Below, one piece after another: positions 9,168 to 21,312 of a stretch of DNA of 64,000 bases. A program made the translations under genes and the position numbers. This DNA comes from Candidatus Parcubacteria bacterium. GTDB lineage: Bacteria; Patescibacteriota; Minisyncoccia; JAHIHE01; JAGLIN01. Positions within the stretch are counted from its first letter, which is position 1; each line of letters opens with the position of its first letter. The notes below the pieces were generated by a model. That model was not told the DNA's origin, made no database searches, and worked only from the letters and a program-made list of their open reading frames with translations. The stretch covers positions 1,262-65,261 of the forward strand of contig JAGLXN010000007.1 of the NCBI GenBank assembly GCA_023132875.1, in the 5' to 3' direction.

Positions 9168-11249
9168 CTATTCCTCATTCTCTAATCCCAGTATTACAAT
9201 CCCCTCTTTTATTCCAATACTATAATCATCAGGAAGCTCAGTTGTAAGTTCGCTTTCAAAAGTAATGATTTCTTTATTTACAAACTCATCATAACCGGTA
9301 GCTTTCACTTCGTTCATAATTTTCATAATTTTTCCAACATCATAATCTTTTGGCTTGATGCTAATTTGAAACACAACTTCCTTAACAGGAGAAGTAATTC
9401 CCGTATTAGCGTCAAGCTTCGGTAGTTCCCAAATCACTTCTCTTGTTTTGGTATTATAAAAGAAATTTTCTTCTTTTATCTGATTTTCTCTTTCTTTACT
9501 ATTATCTTCACCGCTTTGATTATTTTCCAAACTATCATTCATCTCCATAATAGTATTGGCATTATTTTCAGTTATAGATTTATTTTCTTCTGTTTCTTCT
9601 TCGGGAGTAAACGCTCCGTTTGTTTGATCTCCTAGTAACACTTTTCCATCTGATTTTATATAATTTCCTGTCCAACTTACTCCTTCTGGCAAAATTGAAA
9701 CAATTCGAACATCGTTTATATCATTAAATAAACTACTCAGATTCCAATGTATCAAATAATTTGTTTCTTTGCCCGCTTCTGGAGGAATAAATCCCGTATT
9801 TTCTATTCTGCCATCATCATTGAAATATCCCTTGACTCGAACAAATAAAGAAGCTCTAAATTTGGTATCGCTTTCGTTTGAAACAATTATCTTTTCAATA
9901 TTTACAGAGCCAGAATTAAAATTAAAACTGCTTATCGTAGTTTTATTATTAATCGTAAAATTTTTGGCTTTTAATTTTTCAATTTCAATATAATCTTTAG
10001 CTTTTATTTTAAAGCTGACTTCTTCCTCTTCTCCGGGGCCAAAAGACGCTAGCTTTGGAACATTAAAAGCGCTCCATGTTATTTTGTTTGATTTTTTATT
10101 ATAAGAGCCGTTAACAATATCAAGCGAATTAAAATCAATTTCTCCTTCAAGCTCGCTGTTCACTACAAGACCTTTTATCGCTTCGTCGCTTATATTTTTA
10201 AATTTTATCGTATATTCCAGCTCTTCTCCCTTAGTCGCATAATATTCCTCTAGTCCATTAACAAGCTGCTTTATCGTTATTGGAATTTCCTTTACTTTTA
10301 CTGTGGCAATCTTATTTATATATTCAAACATATCTATATTATTTTCAGAAGCGCTTAACATAACTTTAATTTCTTTTTCCTTGTTTTCATTAGCGACAAT
10401 ATTTCCTTTTATAATAAATTTTCCTTCTGATTTTGGAGCTACATTCTCAATGCTCCAGTTTAGCAAACCGTCTTTTTTTTCACTAGGTTCCGGCTCAGAA
10501 AATTTATATTCAAATTCTTCCGGCAATCGCGCTTTTATATTTATAAGCTTGAATTCCCTATCGCTTATATTCTTGTAATTAATTGCATATTCAATTTCAC
10601 TTCCGTTAATTATATCTTCTGGAAACTGGATGGACAGTTCAAAGGGAACTGCTGTAATTTTTATTTCTGCTTTGCTATACTCGTCTGCTGATTCAAATTC
10701 ATAATTAAAGTTTTTAGGAGTATAAGAGATCTTTGAATTAAAATTATATTCTTTATTCAGCTCTCCCGTGACTTTTCCAAACAGTTTTATATTTCCAGAC
10801 TCTCCGGCTGGAATATTTTCTAAATTCCAGGTAAGCACCGTTTCCTCTGTTTTGACTTCCTTGTCGCTTGATATGAATAAAAATTCCGCGGGAATAAAAA
10901 GACTAATTCTTGCGTTTCTCAAACTAACACTGGTATTATTTTCATATTTTATATCAAAAACTATTTCCTCTCCGCTTGCTATTTTGTTTAAAGTCTCAAC
11001 GCTAACTTTAACTTTTGTTTCATCAAAAGATTGTTTTCCTTTCATACGCGTAAAATAAAACAGCGATGAAACAGCTATTATAATTAACAATACAACCGTT
11101 AAAATCGCTTTTTTGTTTTTTAAAATATTTTTCTTATTATTTTTTCCAAAATTAAGATCATCTGGCTGCTTTAAATCATTCGTCTTTTCTTCAGACAAGT
11201 AATTCTTTATATTTTCATCCGTATGCTCATTTATTACGTTTTGAGGCAT
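9168..11249 (-). CDS. membrane-anchored surface protein with repeated DUF11-like beta domains
   Basis: One N-terminal TM helix, then several ~110-aa repeats with the LTWNLENIPAGESGNIKL / LNWSIENVAPKSEGKF pattern typical of DUF11 conserved-repeat domains. Confidence 0.5.
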   Translation of the reverse strand: MPQNVINEHTDENIKNYLSEEKTNDLKQPDDLNFGKNNKKNILKNKKAILTVVLLIIIAVSSLFYFTRMKGKQSFDETKVKVSVETLNKIASGEEIVFDIKYENNTSVSLRNARISLFIPAEFLFISSDKEVKTEETVLTWNLENIPAGESGNIKLFGKVTGELNKEYNFNSKISYTPKNFNYEFESADEYSKAEIKITAVPFELSIQFPEDIINGSEIEYAINYKNISDREFKLINIKARLPEEFEYKFSEPEPSEKKDGLLNWSIENVAPKSEGKFIIKGNIVANENKEKEIKVMLSASENNIDMFEYINKIATVKVKEIPITIKQLVNGLEEYYATKGEELEYTIKFKNISDEAIKGLVVNSELEGEIDFNSLDIVNGSYNKKSNKITWSAFNVPKLASFGPGEEEEVSFKIKAKDYIEIEKLKAKNFTINNKTTISSFNFNSGSVNIEKIIVSNESDTKFRASLFVRVKGYFNDDGRIENTGFIPPEAGKETNYLIHWNLSSLFNDINDVRIVSILPEGVSWTGNYIKSDGKVLLGDQTNGAFTPEEETEENKSITENNANTIMEMNDSLENNQSGEDNSKERENQIKEENFFYNTKTREVIWELPKLDANTGITSPVKEVVFQISIKPKDYDVGKIMKIMNEVKATGYDEFVNKEIITFESELTTELPDDYSIGIKEGIVILGLENEE

Positions 11250-11345
11250 ATTTTTAGATTATTATAAAATTTCATTTCATGCTTATATTATACAATGATT
11301 AAGTGATTTGAGTCAAAAAAAATTTTATTCCTTTCTTAATACGCG

Positions 11346-11372
11346 TAGAGACGCAGCAATGCTGCGTCTCTA
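11346..11372. repeat. palindromic repeat AGAGACGCAGCAATGCTGCGTCTCT
   Basis: A variant of the same family with the same gcagcaatgctgc loop. Confidence 0.9.
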
Positions 11373-11459
11373 CTAATATATAACAAAATTTTGTCTGCAA
11401 AAATCGTAAAGATTATTACAAATAGAAAAGGACAGATAGTAATTATATCATTTGACATA

Positions 11460-11760
11460 ATACTTCTGCCCCGACCTTATGAAAAAGGTCAATTTATTCG
11501 CCTCCTTGTCCATGGAGGCATTTCAGTTCTCGAACATCACTAATCTCCTCCTTGAAATAGGCGTCTCCCTACTTGCTGGAGACAAAAGATCTGGTTGGTT
11601 TCCGCTCACGCCAGCTAACGATCATGGTTCAATATCGCGTACTCGACTGGCCGGAGTCGTCCCTACTACTGACACTGCTTTTATTCCTGGATCTTTTGAC
11701 ATAGGTCTTCACACTCTTTATTAGCAATGCCTTCCAGACCATCTTGCAAAAGATAGTCGA
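11460..11760. ncRNA. GC-rich ORF-poor 300-bp region upstream of atpB, candidate ncRNA or leader
   Basis: About 47% GC against the AT-rich background. The only ORF (11479..11724) is compositionally atypical for this genome. Confidence 0.3.
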
Positions 11761-11896
11761 CATTACTAAATTATAATATTATAAATATTTTATTATGTCA
11801 AACTTAAAAAATTTCAAACTATTGACATTTATTGAAAAATCGTTTAGAATTGGTCTGTTGTAGAAGACTTTAATCTTAATTTTAAACAGACAAAGA

Positions 11897-12649
11897 ATGC
11901 ATGTTTCAATCACTCCGGAAATTATAACAAACATACTTGGAATTCCAATTTCAAATACTCTTATAGCCTCTCTGATAGCTACTGTAATTTTAGTGATAAT
12001 CGCGTATTTTGCTACAAGAGACATGAAAGAGGTCCCGACCGGCATACAAAATCTATTTGAAACAATTATAGAAGCGCTTTTAAATATGGTTGATAGCGTT
12101 ACTGGAGACAAAAAACAGACTTATCAATTTTTTCCGTTAGTCGCGACAATTTTTATTTTTATAATCCTATCTAACTGGCTGGGTCTTGTTCCGGGATTCG
12201 GATCGTTAGGATTTTATGAAACCGCGAAAGAGGGCATGCATGGAAATGGGCATGCTGTTTTTGTTCCCCTGCTTAGATCCGCAAACAGCGATCTGAATAC
12301 AACGCTCGCGCTGGCTATTGTTTCAGTTCTGGCAACTCAGATCTTTGGAATTATAGCTCTGGGAATTTTTAAATACGGCAAGAAATTTATAAATTTCAGT
12401 TCGCCTATAACTTTTTTTGTAGGCATACTGGAACTTATAAGCGAAGTGGCAAAAATGGTTTCATTTTCATTCAGGCTTTTTGGAAATGTTTTTGCTGGAG
12501 AAGTCCTTTTGGTCGTAATAATGACGCTCGCGCCATTTATAGCGCCTCTGCCATTTTTCGGACTTGAACTTTTTGTAGGATTTATCCAAGCTCTTGTGTT
12601 TGCAATGCTAACCCTCGTTTTTCTAAAAATGGCAGTTACAGCGCATTGA
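11897..12649 (+). CDS. atpB: F0F1 ATP synthase subunit a
   Basis: Polytopic membrane protein with the conserved subunit-a C-terminus (R in the LSFRLFGN motif). First gene of the atp cluster. Confidence 0.85.
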   Translation: MHVSITPEIITNILGIPISNTLIASLIATVILVIIAYFATRDMKEVPTGIQNLFETIIEALLNMVDSVTGDKKQTYQFFPLVATIFIFIILSNWLGLVPGFGSLGFYETAKEGMHGNGHAVFVPLLRSANSDLNTTLALAIVSVLATQIFGIIALGIFKYGKKFINFSSPITFFVGILELISEVAKMVSFSFRLFGNVFAGEVLLVVIMTLAPFIAPLPFFGLELFVGFIQALVFAMLTLVFLKMAVTAH

Positions 12650-12776
12650 TCATATTAACATACTAACATTCTAACATATTAACATAATGAAACATCAAAA
12701 ATCATTCAATGTGGAACTACTGGTGTAAAAATCTTGTTAGAATGTTAAAATGTTAGTATGTTAGTATGATTTATAA

Positions 12777-13031
<255 letters not shown>

Positions 13032-13190
13032 TAATCATTCAGTCAAAAGAGAATTAATTCTCTTTTGAAGTGTGTTTATTAAATTATTAGCATTAGAGCT
13101 CACATGTTTGTTCGCTATTATTTCCGCGTATACGGAAATAACAAAGATTACTTTTGACTTTGTAACTTTATAAACTTTTAACTTACTTCT

Positions 13191-13685
13191 ATGTCAGAAA
13201 TATTTTCAAAATTAGGATTAGATTATAAACTAATCATCGCTCAAGCAGTTAATTTTGTCTTGCTTCTTATAATCTTACAACGGCTCGCCTATAAGCCGGT
13301 TTTGAAAATGCTCAATGACAGAACTGAAAAAATTGATAAAAGCCTTAAACAAGCAAAAAAGATTGAAGAAAAGTTGAAAAATACTGAAGAAATTAAATTA
13401 GCTGAAATTAAAAAAGCAAAAGAAGAACATCAGAAAATTATAAAAGAAGCGCAAGAAATCGCGGAAAGAAAATCACAAGAAACAATTGAAAAAACCAGAG
13501 TAAAAACGCAGGAAATCGTAGAAAATGCAAAAATAGAAATAACAGCCGGAAAAGAAAAGTCAGTCAAAGAAGCAAGAAAAGAAATCGCAGATATTTCTAT
13601 TCAAATCGCTAAAAAAATCATTGGAGATAATCTAAATGAAAAAGAGCAGAAAGAAATAGCGAATGATATTTTGAGAAAGATATAA
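13191..13685 (+). CDS. atpF: F0F1 ATP synthase subunit b
   Basis: N-terminal TM helix plus a long charged coiled coil, sitting between atpE and atpH. Confidence 0.8.
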   Translation: MSEIFSKLGLDYKLIIAQAVNFVLLLIILQRLAYKPVLKMLNDRTEKIDKSLKQAKKIEEKLKNTEEIKLAEIKKAKEEHQKIIKEAQEIAERKSQETIEKTRVKTQEIVENAKIEITAGKEKSVKEARKEIADISIQIAKKIIGDNLNEKEQKEIANDILRKI

Positions 13686-13785
13686 TTGAATTGTTACATT
13701 GTCAAATTGTCAAATTGTCATCGCATCTATAAATCTTTTATTGCCTAACAATTTAGCAATATAACAATTTAACAATGTAGTTTAT

Positions 13786-14172
13786 ATGAAAATAACCCCA
13801 AAACAATACGCTATAAGCCTGTATGAAACAACAAAAAATGTTGATGGGTTTGAGATTGAAAAAAGAATAAAAAACTTTGTTGATATTTTGAAAAAAAATA
13901 ACGATTTGTCGCTAGTAGACAAAATAGTAGATGAATATAATAAACATCACAGAAATCAAAGAAATATTTCCAGAATTGAAATCACCAGTAGTAATAAATT
14001 AAATCCAGAAATTTTAAATAAGATCATTCAGAAATTCAAAAAACAAATTGAAATTGAAGAAAAGATTGATAAGTCTTTAATAGGAGGAATGGTTATAAAA
14101 ATAGATAATAGCCTCTTAATTGATGGAAGTGTTAAAAGGAAATTGGAAGATTTGAAGAAGAATTTGATGTAA
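13786..14172 (+). CDS. atpH: F0F1 ATP synthase subunit delta (OSCP), short form
   Basis: 128 aa in the operon position between b and alpha. Weak OSCP-like features only. Confidence 0.6.
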   Translation: MKITPKQYAISLYETTKNVDGFEIEKRIKNFVDILKKNNDLSLVDKIVDEYNKHHRNQRNISRIEITSSNKLNPEILNKIIQKFKKQIEIEEKIDKSLIGGMVIKIDNSLLIDGSVKRKLEDLKKNLM

Positions 14173-14291
14173 AGTTTTGATTAGTGAATTTTTGAATGCT
14201 ATTACATTGTTGCATTGTTAAATTGCTAAATTGTTATGCGTGGCATAGCAATACAGCAATTTAACAATTTAACAATTTAACAATTTAAATT

Positions 14292-15791
14292 ATGAACAGC
14301 CACATTATAGAAACTTTAAAACAACAAATAGCGCAGACTAAATTAGAGACTCAAGTTGAAAAAATCGGTAAAGTAGTAAAAATTGCCGACGGAGTCGCGG
14401 CTTTAAACGGCCTGACTGATGTTATGAGCGGCGAGCTGCTTGAATTTCCAAATGAAATTTTTGGCGTTGCTTTAAATCTGGAAGAAGACAGCATAGGAGC
14501 CATGATTCTTGGCAATTACCTCAAAATCAAAGAAGGAGATACTGTAAAAAGCACGGGGAGAATCCTTGAAGTTCCTGTTGGACAGCAAATGGTTGGAAGA
14601 GTTGTTAATGCTTTAGGCCAGGCAATAGACGGGAAAGAAGAAATTGAAACTGATCAATTCTATCCTGTAGAAAAAATTGCCCCGGGAGTCATCACAAGAA
14701 AATCAGTTGACGCCCCGCTTCAAACAGGGATTAAGGCGATTGACTCAATGATTCCAATCGGAAGAGGACAAAGAGAATTAATAATTGGAGACAGGCAAAC
14801 AGGAAAAACTGCCATTGCTATTGATGCAATTATCAACCAGAAAGGAAAAGATGTTATATGCATATATGTAGCTATCGGACAAAAAGAATCTAAAGTCGCG
14901 AAAATTGTTGCCAAGCTTGAGGAAAGCGGAGCAATGGAACATACAATTGTGGTTCTTGCCGGAGCCTCCGATCCAGCTTCTATGTCATACATAGCTCCTT
15001 ACACTGGATGCACGATAGGCGAGTATTTTATGGATCAAGGAAAAGACGCAATGATCGTATATGACGATTTAAGCAAGCATGCATGGGCATATAGGCAAAT
15101 TTCTCTTATTTTAAAAAGGCCGCCGGGAAGAGAAGCTTATCCTGGAGATATTTTCTATCTGCATTCCAGGCTTCTTGAAAGAGCGGCAAAACGCGATGAG
15201 AAATATGGCGGAGGGTCATTAACCGCACTGCCTATTATTGAAACTCAGGCCGGAGATGTTAGCGCCTACATTCCAACTAATGTTATTTCAATCACAGACG
15301 GGCAAATCTTTCTTGAAACAGACTTATTTTATCAAGGAATAAGGCCTGCTGTTAATCCAGGTATTTCAGTTTCGCGCGTTGGATCTTCGGCTCAAACAAA
15401 AGCAATGAAGAAAGTTGCGGGAAAACTGCGGCTTGAACTTGCGCAATTCAGAGAATTAGCCGCCTTTGCTCAGTTTTCAAGCGATCTTGACAAAGAAACA
15501 AAACAAAGGATTGAGCGAGGAAAAAGACTTACCGAAGTCTTGAAACAAGATCAATATGTTCCCATGGAAACAGAAGAACAGGTTGTTATTATTTTCGCTA
15601 CAATTAACGGATTTTTGGATAATGTTGAAATTGAAAAAGTAAAGAATTTCGAAAAAGAACTTCTTGAACGCTTGAGAGAGAAAAATAAAGATATTCTTGA
15701 TAAAATTGCCGAAGAAAAAGATATTTCGGAAGAAACGGATAAAAAATTAAAGGAAATTATTGAAGAGTTTAAGAAAAGATTCTCAGCATGA
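14292..15791 (+). CDS. atpA: F0F1 ATP synthase subunit alpha
   Basis: P-loop [15 protein letters not shown] and overall alpha-subunit similarity. Confidence 0.95.
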   Translation: MNSHIIETLKQQIAQTKLETQVEKIGKVVKIADGVAALNGLTDVMSGELLEFPNEIFGVALNLEEDSIGAMILGNYLKIKEGDTVKSTGRILEVPVGQQMVGRVVNALGQAIDGKEEIETDQFYPVEKIAPGVITRKSVDAPLQTGIKAIDSMIPIGRGQRELIIGDRQTGKTAIAIDAIINQKGKDVICIYVAIGQKESKVAKIVAKLEESGAMEHTIVVLAGASDPASMSYIAPYTGCTIGEYFMDQGKDAMIVYDDLSKHAWAYRQISLILKRPPGREAYPGDIFYLHSRLLERAAKRDEKYGGGSLTALPIIETQAGDVSAYIPTNVISITDGQIFLETDLFYQGIRPAVNPGISVSRVGSSAQTKAMKKVAGKLRLELAQFRELAAFAQFSSDLDKETKQRIERGKRLTEVLKQDQYVPMETEEQVVIIFATINGFLDNVEIEKVKNFEKELLERLREKNKDILDKIAEEKDISEETDKKLKEIIEEFKKRFSA

Positions 15792-16037
15792 TAATACTGT
15801 CTTTATAAAAAATGAATTAAATCATTCTATTGCTTTATTGTTGTATTGTTAAATTGTCAACTCTAATCAATTTTAATCTTAGCTAAAATAAAAAACTTCT
15901 CACGGAAGAACGGAATAGTCATGTTTTAAAAGAACTGCAAAAACTACCCAAAAAAAAATCAACTAGCTCATAAAGTTTACCAACGATAAATTGACAATGT
16001 AACAATAGAGCAATAGAGCAATTTAACAATAGAATTT

Positions 16038-16955
16038 ATGCAGTCAACACAACAAATTAGAAGACAAATCCAGTCAACAAAAAACACCTCGCAAATAACA
16101 AAAGCGATGGAAATGGTTGCTGCTTCAAAAATGAAAAAAAGTCAGGAGGCGGCTTTATTAGCTAGGCCTTACGCGGAAGCTGCTTTAAGTTTATTGGAAA
16201 ATGTCAGCGAATCAGTTGAACCGCGAAAACATATTTTATTGGAAAATAGAGAAAAGAAAAATGTCTGTCTTTTTGTTGTTACTTCCGATAAAGGATTGTG
16301 CGGCGGGTTGAATAGCGGTGTTATTAAAAAGGCTTTGCAAATAATCAGAAAAAATGAAAGCGAGGGCAGAAAAATTAGTATTGTCGCTATTGGAAAAAAG
16401 GCGGAAAACTATTTTAAGAGAACAAAAAACGATGTTATCGCAGTTTTTAACGGCATCGGTGATTCAGTGGAATTGCGTGAAACGCTTCCTATTTCAAAAT
16501 TACTGATTAACGATTTTAGAGATAAAAAATTTGATAAAGTAATTGCAGTTTACACAAACTTTATTTCTACTTTAAAACAAGATTCTAGAGCTAAAACTAT
16601 TTTACCAGTTACCAGAAGAAGTTTGGAAGAAACAATAGAAGAAATAGATGATTTAGCCATTAAAAATGGTGAAAACGGTAACGAAAATAATGGCATGGAA
16701 TATAAATTTGAACCATCACCTAGTGAAGTTTTATGCAAACTGCTTCCTAATCTGATTGAAATACAGTCTTATCACATTATTCTTGAATCAAACGCTTCAG
16801 AACATAGCGCCAGAATGGTTGCGATGAAAAGCGCGACTGACAGCGCATTGGAAATGCTTGATGATTTGAATTTATTATATAATTATACAAGACAGCAAAA
16901 AATTACTCAAGAAATAAGTGAAATTTCAGCAGGAGTGGCGGCGCAGGAGAATTAG
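16038..16955 (+). CDS. atpG: F0F1 ATP synthase subunit gamma
   Basis: 305 aa with the conserved gamma N-terminus (IRRQIQSTKNTSQITKAMEMVAASKMKK) and C-terminal helix. Confidence 0.9.
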   Translation: MQSTQQIRRQIQSTKNTSQITKAMEMVAASKMKKSQEAALLARPYAEAALSLLENVSESVEPRKHILLENREKKNVCLFVVTSDKGLCGGLNSGVIKKALQIIRKNESEGRKISIVAIGKKAENYFKRTKNDVIAVFNGIGDSVELRETLPISKLLINDFRDKKFDKVIAVYTNFISTLKQDSRAKTILPVTRRSLEETIEEIDDLAIKNGENGNENNGMEYKFEPSPSEVLCKLLPNLIEIQSYHIILESNASEHSARMVAMKSATDSALEMLDDLNLLYNYTRQQKITQEISEISAGVAAQEN

Positions 16956-17111
16956 TTAAAAGTTTATAAAGTTATAAAGTTCATAAAGTTGGTGAATTAA
17001 TAACTTTTTACTTTATAAACTTTATAACTTTAGATTAAATACGCACATTGAAAATTTAGAGATTGAGTTTTGGAAAAATACAAAAAATGATTCAAAAAAA
17101 TGGAGGATTGA

Positions 17112-17360
17112 TTGAAAATGGAACATGACATAATAATACTAATAATATTACCGATAACACTAACGCCACTAGATAATATTAGTATTAAAAAAATAGAAAT
17201 AACAGAAAAAGAAATAGAGTCTTTGAAATTCAAATACGGCCCCTATTCTTTTTACATTAACTTAGGAACATACATCGTTTATGGAATTAAATCAGGAGAA
17301 ATAAAAGAAATGGGTAAACTTATCGTTTCGGAAGACGGCAATTTAGAAATAGAAGAATAA
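17112..17360 (+). CDS. hypothetical small protein inserted between atpG and atpD
   Basis: 82-aa ORF with a hydrophobic N-terminus and no recognisable family. Coding status is uncertain. Confidence 0.3.
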   Translation: MKMEHDIIILIILPITLTPLDNISIKKIEITEKEIESLKFKYGPYSFYINLGTYIVYGIKSGEIKEMGKLIVSEDGNLEIEE

Positions 17361-17411
17361 AGTATTCTATTTCTTATTTTTCCAAACCCCAATTTTTGAA
17401 AAATATAAATT

Positions 17412-17479
17412 CTGGAGTTCAGGTTTTAACCTGTAAATGTCATCCTGAGCTTGTCGAAGGCTTACACTCTTAAAGAGTG
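17412..17479. repeat. hairpin element in the atpG-atpD spacer carrying a MITE-terminus-like motif
   Basis: Perfect 10-bp inverted repeat ctggagttca/tgaactccag encloses aaatgtcatcctgagcttgtcgaagg and an inner cactctt/aagagtg hairpin. Confidence 0.7.
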
Positions 17480-17515
17480 AACTCCAGAAATATTGTTAAA
17501 ATGTTTAAATGTTAA

Positions 17516-18907
<1,392 letters not shown>

Positions 18908-18943
18908 GATTATATTGCTGTATTGCTGTATTGTTACCAGCTG

Positions 18944-19037
18944 GCTCCATTGTGGCGGAGCCCTGTGGAGCCTTATGCAAATCGGGGAAAAGTTTGCTAA
19001 AGTCACAAAAGGCTCCAGTCAGGAGACTGGAGCCAAC
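18944..19037. repeat. cluster of GC-rich GGCTCC-stem hairpins
   Basis: ggctccattgtggcggagcc and ggctccagtcaggagactggagccaac. The latter is near-identical to the copy at 23056..23082. Confidence 0.8.
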
Positions 19038-19199
19038 GAATAAACCAACAGATAAAACAAAAAACAGCTCTTTCAAAAACTGTTTTTCTGAACTTTGAAA
19101 TTTAATTTCCTTTTTTTCATTCCATAATATTATCATTCTGAATTTATTTCAGAATTCTCTACTTACTACAATAAACGAACCTAACTAATAAAAAATAAG

Positions 19200-19493
19200 T
19201 CAGCTATTGCTGACTCGTTGAAAGATGAACATGGTATTTATAGGCTCATAGATTATTTCTAAATCCTTTCCTTTTTTATTTTCAGAAGTAAAATAATTTT
19301 CTTTTACTTTTAAAAAGTGCATTGTAGAAAGTTTATAACCAGCCGTCCCAAAGTGTCTTATAACATGCTCTATATCTGCAAATATTTCTTCTTTTGTTTC
19401 AAAACCATCATCAACTATCGCAGATAGATGTATTCCACCTTTTTCTTTTTTTAAACTTGCATGCACAGAAATAGTTTGTATTTCTTCTTTCAA
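19200..19493 (-). CDS. hypothetical 97-aa protein, antisense within the atp gene cluster
   Basis: Intact ORF on the opposite strand between atpD and atpC. No family recognised. Confidence 0.4.
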   Translation of the reverse strand: MKEEIQTISVHASLKKEKGGIHLSAIVDDGFETKEEIFADIEHVIRHFGTAGYKLSTMHFLKVKENYFTSENKKGKDLEIIYEPINTMFIFQRVSNS

Positions 19494-19547
19494 AATTTTT
19501 CCTCCTCAATATCTTTATTTAATAATAATACTATATTAATTAAACTT

Positions 19548-19970
19548 ATGTCAACATCTAAAATAAACCTCCAAATCATAACCCCAGAAAAAATCGCCTA
19601 TAAAGATAAAGCAGATCAGATCACTTTGCCAACGGAAGACGGCGAAATAACCGTGATGGCAAATCATATTCCGCTGATTAGCACGATGAAGCACGGAGAA
19701 TTGATTATCAAAAACGACGGAAAAGAAATTCCGATGGCTGTTTGCAATGGCTTTATTGAAGTCAGAGGAAATTGTATTATTATCATGACCGATATTGCCG
19801 AACGAGTGGAAGAAATTGATGAACAAAAAGCGGAAGAAGCAAAGAAAAAAGCAAAAGATTTGTTAAAAGAAAAAGACAGGATGTCTGATGTCGCGTTTGC
19901 GGACGCGACAGCGTTGTTAGAAAAGTCTTTGGCGAGGATTAGAGTGGCGAGGAAAAGGGAGAGAAGGTAA
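19548..19970 (+). CDS. atpC: F0F1 ATP synthase subunit epsilon
   Basis: MSTSKINLQIITPEK..ITVMANHIPLI..NGFIEV is a typical epsilon beta-sandwich plus C-terminal helix. Start moved to the ATG at 19548. Confidence 0.85.
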   Translation: MSTSKINLQIITPEKIAYKDKADQITLPTEDGEITVMANHIPLISTMKHGELIIKNDGKEIPMAVCNGFIEVRGNCIIIMTDIAERVEEIDEQKAEEAKKKAKDLLKEKDRMSDVAFADATALLEKSLARIRVARKRERR

Positions 19971-20207
19971 AAATTGAATTATGAATCAGGAATAATGAAT
20001 TGGGAATTATAAATTTAGTTTGCCGATTTCATAGCAATGATAGCCCCGTGGAACCTAAATGCAGAACTGTACAGGTCAGACCATCTAATAACCGGAATTT
20101 ACCCTTCAGGGTTTCAAAAACCGCTGTAAATACAGAAATAAAATCCTAAAGGATAAATTCCATTAACAAAAATTATTGTTAATCTGTATAAAACCAGCAA
20201 AGTGTTT

Positions 20208-20252
20208 AAATTCAAAATTCATTATTCTAAATTCTAATATAATGAATATTCA
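20208..20252. repeat. 45-bp segment spanning the prmC start codon that is repeated inverted at 21780..21824
   Basis: aaattcaaaattcattattctaaattctaatataATGaatattca versus the reverse complement of 21780..21824, 44/45 identical. Confidence 0.9.
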
Positions 20253-21204
20253 CCAATCCCTCAAAATTTCCACCAATAAACTTAAATTACAAAACATTCC
20301 TTCCGCCGACCTTGATGCGGAAGTTTTGTTATTGGAAGCGTTAAATAGAAGTAGATATAAAAAATTAGACAAAAGCTGGTTGTATATAAATGATAATTAC
20401 GAATTAAACAAAAACGAAGAAAAATTATTTAATAGTTTTATAAATCAAAGATTAAAAAACAAGCCAGTTGCTTATATAATAAATAGAAAAGAATTTTATG
20501 GCTACGATTTTTATGTTGACGAAAATGTTCTGATCCCCCGCCCTGAAACAGAATTCATTGTTGAAGAAGTTTTGAAAATTTTAAACCCCCTTAGCCCCCC
20601 CATTCGGCTATCGCTCGGAGCAGGCTCTTATCAGAGGGAAAATAGCGATTTCACTCTAATTGACATTGGAACTGGTTCGGGTTGCATAATAATAAGCGTT
20701 TTAAATGAGCTTGCAAAAAGAAAAGGAGATGATGTTGTAGAAAACGCTTACGCAAATGATATTTCTTTAAAAGCAATCAAAATCGCAAAACGCAACGCAA
20801 ATAAATATAACTTGAACAAAAAAATAAAATTTGTCGCAAATGATTTTGAAAAATTTTTAAATAAAAAAAATATTTATAACTCCGACGAACTTGTCATTAC
20901 AGCTAATCTTCCATATATAAAAAATGATGATTACAAAAATCTTTCTAAAAATATAAAAAAGTACGAACCCAAGATTGCGCTTGCAGCGGGAAAAGACGGA
21001 CTCGTCTATATAGAAAAATTAGTTGATTCTGTATTAAAAATCAAGAAAAAATACAAGCAAAAAATATATGTTCTTATTGAAGCAGATCCAAATCAAATGA
21101 GTAAAATAACTGCTATAATAAACAAAAAATCAGCTAACGCGCGTATTAAAATAATTAAAGATTTGAGCGGAAAAAAAAGAATTGCCGTATTGTCATATTG
21201 CTAA
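20242..21204 (+). CDS. prmC: release factor glutamine N5-methyltransferase PrmC/HemK
   Basis: LIPRPETE, the SAM motif IDIGTGSGC, and the NPPY-equivalent NLPY. Start placed at the MNIHQSL ATG (20242); the ORF-track N-terminal extension reads through the leader repeats. Carries a GC-rich ~23-aa insertion at ~20585-20655. Confidence 0.8.
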   Translation: MNIHQSLKISTNKLKLQNIPSADLDAEVLLLEALNRSRYKKLDKSWLYINDNYELNKNEEKLFNSFINQRLKNKPVAYIINRKEFYGYDFYVDENVLIPRPETEFIVEEVLKILNPLSPPIRLSLGAGSYQRENSDFTLIDIGTGSGCIIISVLNELAKRKGDDVVENAYANDISLKAIKIAKRNANKYNLNKKIKFVANDFEKFLNKKNIYNSDELVITANLPYIKNDDYKNLSKNIKKYEPKIALAAGKDGLVYIEKLVDSVLKIKKKYKQKIYVLIEADPNQMSKITAIINKKSANARIKIIKDLSGKKRIAVLSYC

Positions 21205-21267
21205 ATTGTTATATTATTATTGCGTTATGCATAACAATTTGACAATAGAGCAATTCAACAATTTAAA

Positions 21268-21306
21268 TAAATCTAAAACACGGCTTCAACCGTGTTTTAG
21301 ATTTGC
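21268..21306. terminator. bidirectional intrinsic terminator hairpin
   Basis: Perfect stem atctaaaacacgg/ccgtgttttagat with loop cttcaa, A/T-rich on both sides. Lies between convergent prmC and the histone-like gene. Confidence 0.6.
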
Positions 21307-21312
21307 AAAATA

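Noticed and set aside
11479-11724. 81-aa ORF listed in the ORF track
   Set aside because: It sits in a GC-rich outlier segment, has atypical residue composition for this genome, and has no recognisable family. The region is more likely non-coding.
20020-20140. Possible SRP/4.5S-like RNA between atpC and prmC
   Set aside because: It has a CAGGUCAGACC segment reminiscent of SRP helix 8, but the obligatory GGAAGCAGCCAAGG segment is absent. The region is only mildly GC-enriched.
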